DNA of 64,000 nt from an uncultured delta proteobacterium. Lineage in GTDB: Bacteria; Desulfobacterota; Binatia; UBA9968. Below are positions 45,579 to 54,852 of this stretch, one piece after another. Each line of letters begins with the position of its first letter. Positions within the stretch are counted from its first letter, which is position 1. The stretch spans positions 1-64,000 of the forward strand of contig CAVWLW010000057.1 in the NCBI GenBank assembly GCA_963755715.1, read 5' to 3'. Below the pieces are notes generated by a model that did not search any database, had not been told where the DNA came from, and saw only the letters and a program-made list of their open reading frames with translations. A program made the translations under genes and the position numbers.

Positions 45579-46694
45579 CTAGATCAGTTGGTTTTGATCG
45601 AGACGGCTCATCACCGCGCGCAAGCTGGATCGCATCCGCTCCAACGATCGCGCGATCTCGCCGATTTCGTCCGCGCGCTTGAGTTGGAGGGGCACGCCGA
45701 ATTCGCCTTTACTGATTCGGTCCGCATGCTGGACAAGATCAAGGAGGGGCCGATTTAGAGACCACGCGATGTAGACGAATGCCACCGAGATGCCAAGGAG
45801 CGCAACCGCCATCATTGCGACCATCGGTGCCAAAGCGCGCCGCGATTCCGCTTCAATTATCCCGCGCCAAAGACCGAGATGAACGAAACCTTGTCGGCCG
45901 CTACCAACGCGTTTGGCAACTTCATATACGGCCGAGCCGCGATATTGGACCACAGCACCGGGCAACGCGCGTTCGGCCGATCTGGGAAAATCTCGATCCA
46001 AATAGATCGGCAAGTCCTTGGGATGGTGTACGATGATCCTGCCTTGAGCGTCCTCGATAAAAATAAACGCGACCCCGTCTATCGAAGCGTACTTGGCAAT
46101 TATGTTGGCAAGGCTCTGAATCGTTCCCGCTGCCAGATTGCGTGTTGCGATTTCATTGATGCCAAACGCCATGTCATCAGCGCGACTCTCGACTTGCTTG
46201 TCCATAACCCGGCTTAGAAACCCGTAAACGATGATGCCGGCGCTGATGCCGAAGAAAATACCGACCGCGCAAAATGAAACCGTCAGCTTGCCGAGCAAGC
46301 CGTATTGACGCCGTTTGTTTTGTGGCGGCTCTTCAGCGCTAGGCAGCGCGCCCGTCGGCTTGTTCTCGACGTACGCTGTCGGCACCGCGCCTGTAGGTAT
46401 AGCGGCATCCGGCTCGGGGGTCGCTTCTCTCATGGCCCTTTTTGCGCGGGTTACGACCAATAAAAGGGAAAATATCGCCGCGCCGACTATCGTCACCGGG
46501 ACAACTATGTCATTCATCCAACCGTAGTTGGTGCGGTCGAGCGCGGGGGCGAAAATCGCGCCGAATATCGAGACAACTTTTCCTAGTAGGCCGACCACGC
46601 TCCAATGCGAATCGGTAAAATAGAGATAATCTGCCAGTAATCCGCAGAACACGATCGAAAGGATGGTGGGACCGATTAATCGTCGCTTATTCAT
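45579..46694 (-). CDS. paralogous membrane HAMP-only protein
   Basis: 4 TM segments; HAMP PLLDLVQHADRISKGEF..DEIGEIARSLERMR, then stop. Confidence 0.78.
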   Translation of the reverse strand: MNKRRLIGPTILSIVFCGLLADYLYFTDSHWSVVGLLGKVVSIFGAIFAPALDRTNYGWMNDIVVPVTIVGAAIFSLLLVVTRAKRAMREATPEPDAAIPTGAVPTAYVENKPTGALPSAEEPPQNKRRQYGLLGKLTVSFCAVGIFFGISAGIIVYGFLSRVMDKQVESRADDMAFGINEIATRNLAAGTIQSLANIIAKYASIDGVAFIFIEDAQGRIIVHHPKDLPIYLDRDFPRSAERALPGAVVQYRGSAVYEVAKRVGSGRQGFVHLGLWRGIIEAESRRALAPMVAMMAVALLGISVAFVYIAWSLNRPLLDLVQHADRISKGEFGVPLQLKRADEIGEIARSLERMRSSLRAVMSRLDQNQLI

Positions 46695-46928
46695 GAAATG
46701 CGCTTATTGTAATCTATCCGGCGAGCTACTCAAAGCGATCGATTCGCGCCGTCGATTTGAAATGAACGTTCCGCGGCAAGACAATCCGACAGCCAACATG
46801 CGTCGCGAATTTAGCAGTAAACAACTAGATCTCGACCGCAGCGCGCAGCTTACCGCATACTTTTTATTGGCAAGCAGCGAGGCAAGCAATTCCGATACGG
46901 ATCAGGCGCTGAGTCAGGCGAGTGAGCC

Positions 46929-48215
46929 TCAAGCGGATTTGTCATCGAGCTGTAAAGCCGCCAGCGCTTTTTCGATCAACAGGCGTCGGACTTTCTTTTC
47001 CTCCGCCGCCGATACTTTGGCATCGCCCACAACGTGAACAATGCCGTTACCAAGCACCAGTCGATTCGCGCCGACCATCTGGGCGACGGACAGCGCCGAG
47101 GTAATTTGCACGGTGGGGATACCCGCCTTCTCCAACTCGGTTGTGATCGCAGCGCCGCTGCGCGTGCTCGTCCCTCACGTGGAAGTAAGGATGACGGCGT
47201 CGATACCGAGTCTTTTTACCTTGTCGGCCATCTCGCGTCCCATGCGCCGCGTATTCGATAATGGGTTGGCCAAACCGGAAGTTGAAATAAATTCGTCGCA
47301 TAGCGCGCCGATGGCGCCCTCACTTTCAAGCTCGCGCAGGACATCCAACGGCACGAGGCGGTCGGGATCTTGCCGGACGAACTGCGGATCGTAGCCGCCG
47401 TGTGAAATCTCATAGTCTTCGCTCTTCAAGTCGTCGCAATCTTTAATGCTATACGAACCCCAGCGTGTTGCCGCCGAGCCTTGGATCTTGTCGGGATTGC
47501 CCTTCGGTACCAAGCCGCCGTCGGTAATCAACATCACCTTCGCGTTCCGCAAGTCTTTGATGCCCGCAGGCATGGGCACCGGTTGAAACGTCGCCGGCGC
47601 CATTTCCGTCTCGAACGGCTCGCCTCGGGTTTTCGCGAGCACCATTTCGACCAGCCGCTCAGCAGCGCTCTTTTCAACGAACTGATCGCGGATCAGACCG
47701 CGCGCAATATAACCCTCCTCGGCGGGAAAACCGATTGGCTCGTGGCGCATCAATTTGACCGCGAGATGCGCCATCTTCTCCAACACGTCGCGCATCCGCG
47801 CCGCGCTGTCGCCGCTGTCGATGATGTACAGCGGTTCGCGATAAAGATCCGCGCCGGGATTTTCCCGCGCCATACCGGTCACCACCGGGATGCCGATTTG
47901 CGATTGTACCGCCGAACCAAGCGCACCCGCGGCCACGCCATATCGCCCGGCCAAAAAACAGGGTCCGGCGACGAACAAATCGGCCTTGCACGCGCGAATT
48001 TTTTCCAACGCCGCAGCAATCAACGACTCTTGATTCTCGACCGCGTAGTTGTCGCCGCAGATAAGGGTCATCACCAGTCGGGCTTCGGCCCCAAGCAACT
48101 GCTCCAGAAGCTTTCCGGGACCTATCGCACCGTCGCGCGTCTCGAGCGGAGTCCCCGCTTTCTCTTCCCCGCCAAGTCCGCCGAAGAACTGATTTAGATA
48201 ATGAATGACGCGCAT
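46929..48215 (-). CDS. grdB: glycine/betaine/sarcosine reductase selenoprotein B-like (Sec at TGA 47175-47177)
   Basis: HYLNQFFGG.GGEEKA, ICGDNY, AGPCFLAGRYG, GGLVPKGNPD, HGGYD, DPDRLVPLD; ORF 47175..48215 ends ILTST-TGA and continues in frame as GTSTRSGAA..ELEKAGIP (ORF 46929..47135). Confidence 0.9.
47148..47162 (-). other. bacterial SECIS-like hairpin of grdB
   Basis: CGCAGC-GGC-GCTGCG starting 13 nt after the UGA, with G as the first loop base. Confidence 0.7.
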
Positions 48216-48227
48216 GATTCCTCCGGA

Positions 48228-48307
48228 AAGGCACTAGGCATTGGGCAACAGGCAACAGTAAGAAACTTTTGTTCTACTTTTGCCAAATGCCTTTTGCCTC
48301 ATGCCTT
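48228..48307. repeat. intergenic palindromic short tandem repeat (AGGCA-like units facing TGCCT-like units)
   Basis: aaggcactaggcattgggcaacaggcaacagta...tacttttgccaaatgccttttgcctcatgcctt. Confidence 0.6.
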
Positions 48308-48308
48308 C

Positions 48309-49583
48309 TCAATACACCATCGATCTTAGCCGCGACGCGCCCTGTTGGTTCGCAACGCCGACCACGTTCAGCGATTCAATTTCGAACGGTCCGGCAAGCA
48401 ATTCGGCCAGGCCGCTGTTCGCCGCGATCACGCGCTCGACCGGGGGCAGAGTCCAGTTCGTGCTATTGCCGCCAACGCAAACAATCGCGTTCACCTCAGG
48501 AAAATTGAACAACAGCGCCGACTCGACGCGATGATCGCGCGCCAGATCGGTAACCTGCACGGCGGTCTTGATGCCGTCGCATTCCAATAGCCGCGCTGTT
48601 TCGGATAAATCGGTGTGTGGCACTCCGCCGCCGAATTTTGTCAGCACTGCAGCATCGGCTCTGAGCGCCCATTTGACCAGATTGGCGCTAAAGCGCGTGT
48701 TGCGCTCTCGGTCGAAGTTATTAGCCGAGGCGATGGTCGCGACCGTGCCGACAAAATTTATTTCATCCGCTCGATGGCGCCGATAGAGTTCCAGAATCAC
48801 CGGATGGTTTTGATAAAAATAAGTTTCCGCGCCGCCGAGCGAGGTGTGATACGAGGTTACGACTGCGCCATCGAGCCATTCATTCGGATGCAGCAGAGTT
48901 GGCAGCAAGCCGTCGGTGTCCGCGCCGTAAATAATCTGTTCATCGGCTTCCGGCTTTCTCTGGCGTGAAAAAATTTGCCCGATATAAGCGATTCGCGGCA
49001 ACCCGCTTCTGTCGCCTGGGGCGGCAAGCTCGAAGGTCTCCGCGCGCTCGGGTGACTTGTCGAAAGCCGCCCGCGCCAAATGCACGGCGACTTTCAATTG
49101 CGCGGAGCGATAAGCTTTGTGGCGGGAATGGATCGGCAAATCGCCGCGCGTATGCGGGATGACGATCAAATGATGCAAAGCCGCGTAACGCGAGCCCGCC
49201 GCCGCGGCGCCGCTCATCTCCAAAACATAACCGGTGGCGCCACGGGAATCGCCGGGCGATTCTTCGCGCAATGCGGTGACCGCTGCACCCGACAAGACAT
49301 GGGTCGTGCCATTGCCGGCCGTCTGCGGCGGACCGATAATACCTGGCCAATCGGGACTTCCGCCCGGCGCCTTAGCTCTCGGCTCGACGATATCGAAGAT
49401 CGGTCCCGCGCGGCAACTCTCGCCGGGGCGCGCGATCTGAAAGTCGACGGCTTCGATCGCGCCATCTTCGAGGATCAATCGGCTGAGCTCCGCTGCGTCG
49501 ACAACTAGCCTCTTCCCTTCGAGATCGAGTCTTTTTCCAAAACAGATTTCCGTGATCGGGTGGATGGCAAGTGTCAGCGGCAT
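48309..49583 (-). CDS. grdE: glycine/sarcosine/betaine reductase component B proprotein-like (GrdE/GrdI family)
   Basis: IARPGE..DIVEPRAK, GTTHVLSGAAV, PTLLHPNEWLDGAV, TYFYQNHPVI.ELY, ADAAVLTKFGGG, AIVCVG; directly upstream of grdB. Confidence 0.82.
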   Translation of the reverse strand: MPLTLAIHPITEICFGKRLDLEGKRLVVDAAELSRLILEDGAIEAVDFQIARPGESCRAGPIFDIVEPRAKAPGGSPDWPGIIGPPQTAGNGTTHVLSGAAVTALREESPGDSRGATGYVLEMSGAAAAGSRYAALHHLIVIPHTRGDLPIHSRHKAYRSAQLKVAVHLARAAFDKSPERAETFELAAPGDRSGLPRIAYIGQIFSRQRKPEADEQIIYGADTDGLLPTLLHPNEWLDGAVVTSYHTSLGGAETYFYQNHPVILELYRRHRADEINFVGTVATIASANNFDRERNTRFSANLVKWALRADAAVLTKFGGGVPHTDLSETARLLECDGIKTAVQVTDLARDHRVESALLFNFPEVNAIVCVGGNSTNWTLPPVERVIAANSGLAELLAGPFEIESLNVVGVANQQGASRLRSMVY

Positions 49584-49611
49584 GAAAGAACCCTGCAAGA
49601 AATTTGATATG

Positions 49612-49685
49612 AATCTAGTTCTGAACGGACTGCCTTGTCAATTCGCATGATTGGCTTGACATCGGGCCTTTGGCGGCATTACGCT
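49612..49685. promoter_or_regulatory. back-to-back sigma70-like promoters for grdEB and the amidohydrolase operon
   Basis: minus strand TTGACA(49641-36)-N18-TAGATT; plus strand TTGACA(49656-61)-N18-TACGCT. Confidence 0.5.
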
Positions 49686-49707
49686 CGTGACAAGAGAGGT
49701 TAACGTC

Positions 49708-50887
49708 ATGGCGAAACAAGGATTCAAAGTATTCGACAGCGACATGCACATCATGGAACCACCCGATCTTTGGGAGCGCTACATCGATCCGCAGTTTCGT
49801 TCCCAAGCGCCGCGCGGCAGGACTTCCGAGAACGTGCGCGATCTCGGCACGATTTTTCCGAAGGTACCGGTAGATACCCGACGCACCGGCGGCACGCCTC
49901 ATCGCGGCCGCAACTTTGACAAAAACCAGGACATCTATCGAAACCATGCGGAGCGTGGCTGGACCGGCGAAGTCCAGCTCGAAGCGATGGACACCGAAGG
50001 CATCGACACCGCCGTGCTGTTTCCCACCCGTGGCCTCGGCATCCTCACGTTCCCCGACCAAGACCCGCGTTTTGCCGCGGCGATGGCGCGCGCCTACAAC
50101 GATTGGCTGCACGATTTTTGCCAAGCCGACCCGAATCGCCTGCTCGGCGCCGGCATGATTTCCGTCTACGATATCGACGACGCCGTGCAGCGAGACCCGC
50201 CGAGTCGCAGAAGAATACGGTTTTCGCTCGGTGTTTCTGCGCTCGAATATCGTCAACGGCAAGAACTGGTACGATCCTTACTACGAGCCGCTGTGGAACC
50301 TGCTCGAAGAACTTAATCTACCGCTCGGTTTCCACGAGGCGTCCGCGTCGCGCTCGCGCCAATGCGCGGAAAATTTCGAGCCGAACTTCGGCCTGCGCCG
50401 GGTTTACGCGCAACCGTTCGAGCAGATGCTCGGCCTCGGCAGCTTCGTCGGCGGCGGCATTCTCGAACGCCATCCGAAAATGAAAGTCGCGTTCCTCGAA
50501 GCAAACTGTTCGTGGCTGCCTTGGCTGCTTTGGCGTCTGGACGAAGGCTACGAGCGCGAGGGCGACATTTTCATGCCGGACTTAAAAATGCCGCCGAGCG
50601 AATATTTCAAGCGCCAGTGCTTCATCTCCGTGGAGCCCGACGAGGCGCCCGCGCGCCATACCATAGAAGAAATCGGTTGCGACCATCTGGTCTTCTCCAC
50701 CGATTATCCGCACGGCGATTCCAAATATCCGCATGCCGTAGAGAGCTTTCTCAAGCTTACGTTGCCCGACGAAGACAAGCGCAAAATTCTCTGGGACAAC
50801 TGCGCGCGCTTCTACGGCGCAACCGATTCGGCAAACGAAAACAAATCCCCTGCGGCCAAAACGATTCCACAACAACCGCATCCATAA
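49708..50887 (+). CDS. amidohydrolase_2 family metal-dependent hydrolase/decarboxylase (frameshift near 50190)
   Basis: DSDMHIMEP, MDTEGID.AVLFPT, AYNDWL, GFHE, FLEANCSWLP, FSTDYPH. Confidence 0.9.
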
Positions 50888-50896
50888 GGAGGAAAA

Positions 50897-51538
50897 ATGG
50901 AAACACAGACCGAGAGCCAGTCGCAGCCGCAAACCCAGAGCGAGAACGCAATGGATCGCTTTATCCGCAAGACGCGGGCGCTTTTTGCCAAGGAACCCGA
51001 TCTCGACAAGCGCTGGAATGCGCTGCGGCCGATTCTGGCGGAATTGCTCGCCGATCCGCAAGTCATCGCGGCAGCGAAGCAATGGCCGGACTGCGTGCCG
51101 GCGAACGGCCGCGCGGAAAATTTACTTTTCTACGAAGATCCCGATTACGGCTTTGCGATCAACGGCCTCACCAAAGGCGAGGCCCGGCACGGCCAGCGCG
51201 CGCGCATTCATGATCACGCGCATATCTACACGCTCTACGGCGTGCTCGACGGCCGGGAGCGAGTCGTGCGTTATGATCGCCTCGACGATCGCTCGAAACC
51301 CGACTATGCAGAGATCCGCGAGAGCAGCAACGTGCTCGTTAGTCCTGGCGAAATCGACTTGGTCAAGCCGTATGAAATTCATACCGAGCTAACCGTCGGC
51401 GAACGCACCGTGGCCGTCATCATTCGCAGTCAAAAAGGCGGCGATTTCAATCAAGGCCGTTACATTCCGGAGGAAAACAAATACTACGAGAGTCTCGGAC
51501 CGCGGCAGACTCCATGTGAAATGCTGCCGAGAAACTAG
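50897..51538 (+). CDS. cysteine/thiol dioxygenase-like cupin
   Basis: LFYEDPDYGF, IHDH..YGVLDGRE, EIH (3-His facial triad pattern); RBS AAGGAGG. Confidence 0.7.
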   Translation: METQTESQSQPQTQSENAMDRFIRKTRALFAKEPDLDKRWNALRPILAELLADPQVIAAAKQWPDCVPANGRAENLLFYEDPDYGFAINGLTKGEARHGQRARIHDHAHIYTLYGVLDGRERVVRYDRLDDRSKPDYAEIRESSNVLVSPGEIDLVKPYEIHTELTVGERTVAVIIRSQKGGDFNQGRYIPEENKYYESLGPRQTPCEMLPRN

Positions 51539-51576
51539 GGTCTGATCGGAGCACCCACAACGTTACGGAGAATTTT

Positions 51577-52413
51577 ATGTCACGACCCGAAAGAGTCGAA
51601 GAATCCCTGCCCGCCTTCGAAGCCTTCGTCAATTATTCGGTCGATACCGGTGAGAAGCCCGCCAGCTACGGCGGCATCAACACTTTCGAAGCCGACAAAA
51701 AGCGCACAGGGAAGTATCAAGAATACAAGATGCCGATCTACAATGGCCGGGCAATCGCCAACAATCTCTCACTTGAAAGAGAGGGATTTATCCTTGTTCG
51801 CCATGACACCAGGGTAAAAGATTTTTACGAAGAGAGTGAAATCCGTTCGGTTTACTATCCGGAGATCGAGCAGCTGGTAAAGCAAACTGCCGGCGCGAAA
51901 AGAGTTCTGGTGTTTGACCACACGCTCCGCTCGGCCGACAGCGCAACCCGCGAAGCGAAACAGATCAGCGGTCCGGTGCGCAATGCGCATAATGATTACA
52001 CCGAATGGTCGGGACCTCAACGCGTGCGCGACCTATTGCCGGGCGAAGCCGAGGAATTGCTCAAGCGCCGCTTTGCTGTCGTCCAGGTGTGGCGTCCCAT
52101 TCGCCATCCAGTGCAAAGAGAACCTCTGGCCATTGCCGACGCGAGAAGCATCGGCATGAAGGAGCTATTTCCCAGCTCGCGCGTTTACCCGGACCGGGTC
52201 GGTGAGGTGTATCATTGCGCTTATAACCCGGAACACCGTTGGTATTACTTTCCCAATATGCAGCGTCACGAAGCAGTGGTGTTCAAAACCTTCGACTCGA
52301 TAAAAGACGGCCGCGCCCGGTGGACGGCTCATACGGCCTTCGACGATCCAACCAGTCCGCCCGATGCCCCACCGCGGGAAAGCATCGAGATGCGAACCTT
52401 GGCTTTCTTCTGA
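51577..52413 (+). CDS. CmcJ/NvfI-family oxidoreductase (methyltransferase-like annotation)
   Basis: SLEREGF, YYPEIE, FDHTLR, AHNDYT, QVWRPI, PLAIADARS, HTAF, RESIEMR. Confidence 0.8.
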   Translation: MSRPERVEESLPAFEAFVNYSVDTGEKPASYGGINTFEADKKRTGKYQEYKMPIYNGRAIANNLSLEREGFILVRHDTRVKDFYEESEIRSVYYPEIEQLVKQTAGAKRVLVFDHTLRSADSATREAKQISGPVRNAHNDYTEWSGPQRVRDLLPGEAEELLKRRFAVVQVWRPIRHPVQREPLAIADARSIGMKELFPSSRVYPDRVGEVYHCAYNPEHRWYYFPNMQRHEAVVFKTFDSIKDGRARWTAHTAFDDPTSPPDAPPRESIEMRTLAFF

Positions 52414-52437
52414 TTTCGGTAGCCGACTCGGATAAAC

Positions 52438-52472
52438 AAAAAGGCCTGCGTTTTAGTATCGCAGGCCTTTTT
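52438..52472. terminator. bidirectional rho-independent terminator
   Basis: AAAAAGGCCTGCG-N9-CGCAGGCCTTTTT. Confidence 0.85.
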
Positions 52473-52541
52473 AGTGTGGGTTTTTGCGAAGCGCAAATTT
52501 AAAGATCTTTTCAAGATCTTGGCAACTCGGAGACCATCCGA

Positions 52542-52607
52542 TTATTTGCTGGTTTGTTTCTTTCTCGGCCGTTTCCGGCACGTCATACAGTCGATCTTTG
52601 CAGCCAT
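52542..52607 (-). CDS. putative 21-aa small protein MAAKIDCMTCRKRPRKKQTSK
   Basis: strong RBS AGGGAGGGAAATC-ATG, upstream TTGACG-N16-TACAAA, downstream terminator; below the ORF-track size cutoff. Confidence 0.5.
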   Translation of the reverse strand: MAAKIDCMTCRKRPRKKQTSK

Positions 52608-52963
52608 GATTTCCCTCCCTGTAGTGCGGTTCTTTGTATCATCCAATCCTTAGACGTCAACCGGCTAAGCTCCATCAAATCGCCCGCAATCGTACACTTT
52701 CCATTGACTGTCTAGGCAGTTAGGCCATTCTAGAAAATTCTACGCCACCACTTAGCAGAACATCTTGAAGTAAAAAGCCATAAACCACGGTAAAGCGCCT
52801 TGAAATACAGGTAATTTGCCGGATCGAAGACGACGTAAAAAACTGTCTGGATGGGGGATTGGACGGTTTCGCGCACATTCGACAAGCACTTGTCTTGAGG
52901 TCCCAACTTCCGGTAAAGTCCGTTAGACATTGAAATCTAGAATCAACTTACAGGAGGGAAAAG

Positions 52964-53401
52964 ATGGCTAAGATAGACAAGATTACGGTGGTGGACGTGG
53001 AAAAACAGGCGCAATGGGGCCGGCCAACCGGGCGCAACTACGCGCGCCCAACTCAGACCGACCGCGTTCACATTGCACTCAACAGCTACGAACCGGGAGT
53101 CAACGATGAGCTGCATTGCCATCCCGGCTCCGATCACACCTTTTTCGTAGTCCAGGGCGAATGCACCATGAAGGGCCTGAAACCGGATGAAGAGTTCGTT
53201 TTAAAGCAGCACCAAGCGGTACATGTTCCCGCAGGCTTCTTTTATCAGCTCAACAATACGGGCAAGGAACGTTTGATCCTCTATCAGGTCAGCACCGAAC
53301 CCAAGCCACGACCGAAAATCGGCAAAGTCATCTACGGCGTTCACACCGGCCTCAAAGAGCATCTCCTCAATCCCGTCGAAGCGAAAGTCGCGCGCCCATG
53401 A
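52964..53401 (+). CDS. cupin domain protein
   Basis: ELHCHPGSDHTFFVVQGE, VHVPAG..Y.L.N.G; RBS AGGAGG. Confidence 0.85.
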   Translation: MAKIDKITVVDVEKQAQWGRPTGRNYARPTQTDRVHIALNSYEPGVNDELHCHPGSDHTFFVVQGECTMKGLKPDEEFVLKQHQAVHVPAGFFYQLNNTGKERLILYQVSTEPKPRPKIGKVIYGVHTGLKEHLLNPVEAKVARP

Positions 53402-53655
53402 CCTTTGCCGAAGTTCTCGATTGGTGCCGAAAAAATCATGCTGACGTGCGCGGTGTTTACCGCGGCAAAGATGTTTCTATTTCGCATAAGGATAGCGCAC
53501 TTCCTGCGGAGCTGCCGTCTATCGGCGAGATCTTTCACTGGGATGTCGAAATGCCTGAGTTGAATCACTACGTGAGCAGCTCGGACTTTGAGCGCATCGT
53601 GACCGGCAAGCTCACCATCGACGGCTTCAAGAGCACACTGCGCGGCAGCGATTAA
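53398..53655 (+). CDS. hypothetical protein translationally coupled to the cupin
   Basis: ATGA overlap with the cupin stop; followed by a terminator. Confidence 0.7.
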   Translation: MTFAEVLDWCRKNHADVRGVYRGKDVSISHKDSALPAELPSIGEIFHWDVEMPELNHYVSSSDFERIVTGKLTIDGFKSTLRGSD

Positions 53656-53677
53656 GCGAATTCTCGACTGTGCATAA

Positions 53678-53721
53678 ACAAAATCGCCACCCGCGGCTTT
53701 AGCCGCGGGTGGCGATTTTGT
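53678..53721. terminator. bidirectional terminator (21-bp perfect inverted repeat)
   Basis: ACAAAATCGCCACCCGCGGCT-TT-AGCCGCGGGTGGCGATTTTGT between convergent genes. Confidence 0.85.
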
Positions 53722-53739
53722 CTTTGCAGCGTAGATCTA

Positions 53740-54498
53740 TTATGCGGGCAGGTTCGGATTCCCGACCTCGGGCGAGTTCCACTTCAGGTGGCGCTCTAAG
53801 AAATCAGTCACCAACGGCCACGAAAGGTCGGCGGTGTGAGCGTTATACCCGGGCGCTCCGGGGTCGACGTAGCCGTGGCCGCCGAATGGAAAAAAGTGCC
53901 ACTCCAACGGCTGGCCGTTCTCTTTAAATGCCTGCCACATTTGCTCCTGCACCGGCAGCACCGTAGTGACATCATCAGCGCCATAAAGATTAATCGATGG
54001 ACAGCGAATCTTCCGTGCGCTGACCGTTGGGTGCACCGGCCGGAGCGGCGAGTCGGGCTCGGCGCGCACCGTCGGATAATAGCCGACGAAAGCGCGCACG
54101 TCGGGAGTCGCCGCGACGAAATGGATCGCGATGCGGCCGCCCATGCAGTAACCACAGACCGCCACTCGATCTTTGTTGACCGTTGCTTGCTTGAGCAGAA
54201 AACGCCAGCCTTCCGTCAGCACACGGGTAAATTCAGGATCCGGCGTTTTCGCTTGAATCTGCGAACCCGTGACAATATGGGTTGGCTCTGGATAACCCAG
54301 TTGCTCGAAGACATTGATCGCGAAAGTGGTATAGCCAAGCTTGGCGAACTTTCGCGTTTCGGTTTTGATATATTCGCCAAGCCCTCCTTTTGGATGAATT
54401 AAGAATAATGCCGGACCGGGCTCAGACCGCTCCGGGTAGGACAGAAATCCCGCCACTCCATGATCTTTGGTGCTAAAGGCTTTCTCAATAATCCGCAT
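53740..54498 (-). CDS. dienelactone hydrolase family protein
   Basis: nucleophile GYCMGG, YGADD, GGHGY, SWPLVTDFL. Confidence 0.9.
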   Translation of the reverse strand: MRIIEKAFSTKDHGVAGFLSYPERSEPGPALFLIHPKGGLGEYIKTETRKFAKLGYTTFAINVFEQLGYPEPTHIVTGSQIQAKTPDPEFTRVLTEGWRFLLKQATVNKDRVAVCGYCMGGRIAIHFVAATPDVRAFVGYYPTVRAEPDSPLRPVHPTVSARKIRCPSINLYGADDVTTVLPVQEQMWQAFKENGQPLEWHFFPFGGHGYVDPGAPGYNAHTADLSWPLVTDFLERHLKWNSPEVGNPNLPA

Positions 54499-54852
54499 TA
54501 CCGACTCCTCGGAAATTTGATATAGAAACGCAACCTAACACGATCCCTCGAGATCGGTAAAGAGCTGTGCGTTAACAAAGCATCGATCACAAGTTTTTAT
54601 ACGACAGTACGGCCGATTTCGGGTTTGGCGCAGCCCGCGGGAGAGAAACTTATATGCCCGTATATTGCAAAAATGCCGATCTGGCACCCCTTGAGGTATA
54701 GTCTCGCTAACGCGCAGCTTCCTCTATCGTGAAAAAGTGAACATTATTGGCCGAGCAAACAAAAGAGACGTGGCCACGACCAAAAAGACGACTACGCTCA
54801 ACCCTGATTTTTTAAGCATTTAGAAGAACTATTTAATGCCAAAGCTGATGGA

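Noticed and set aside
53678-53721. MITE or CRISPR repeat
   Set aside because: Single-copy palindrome between convergent genes; explained as a terminator
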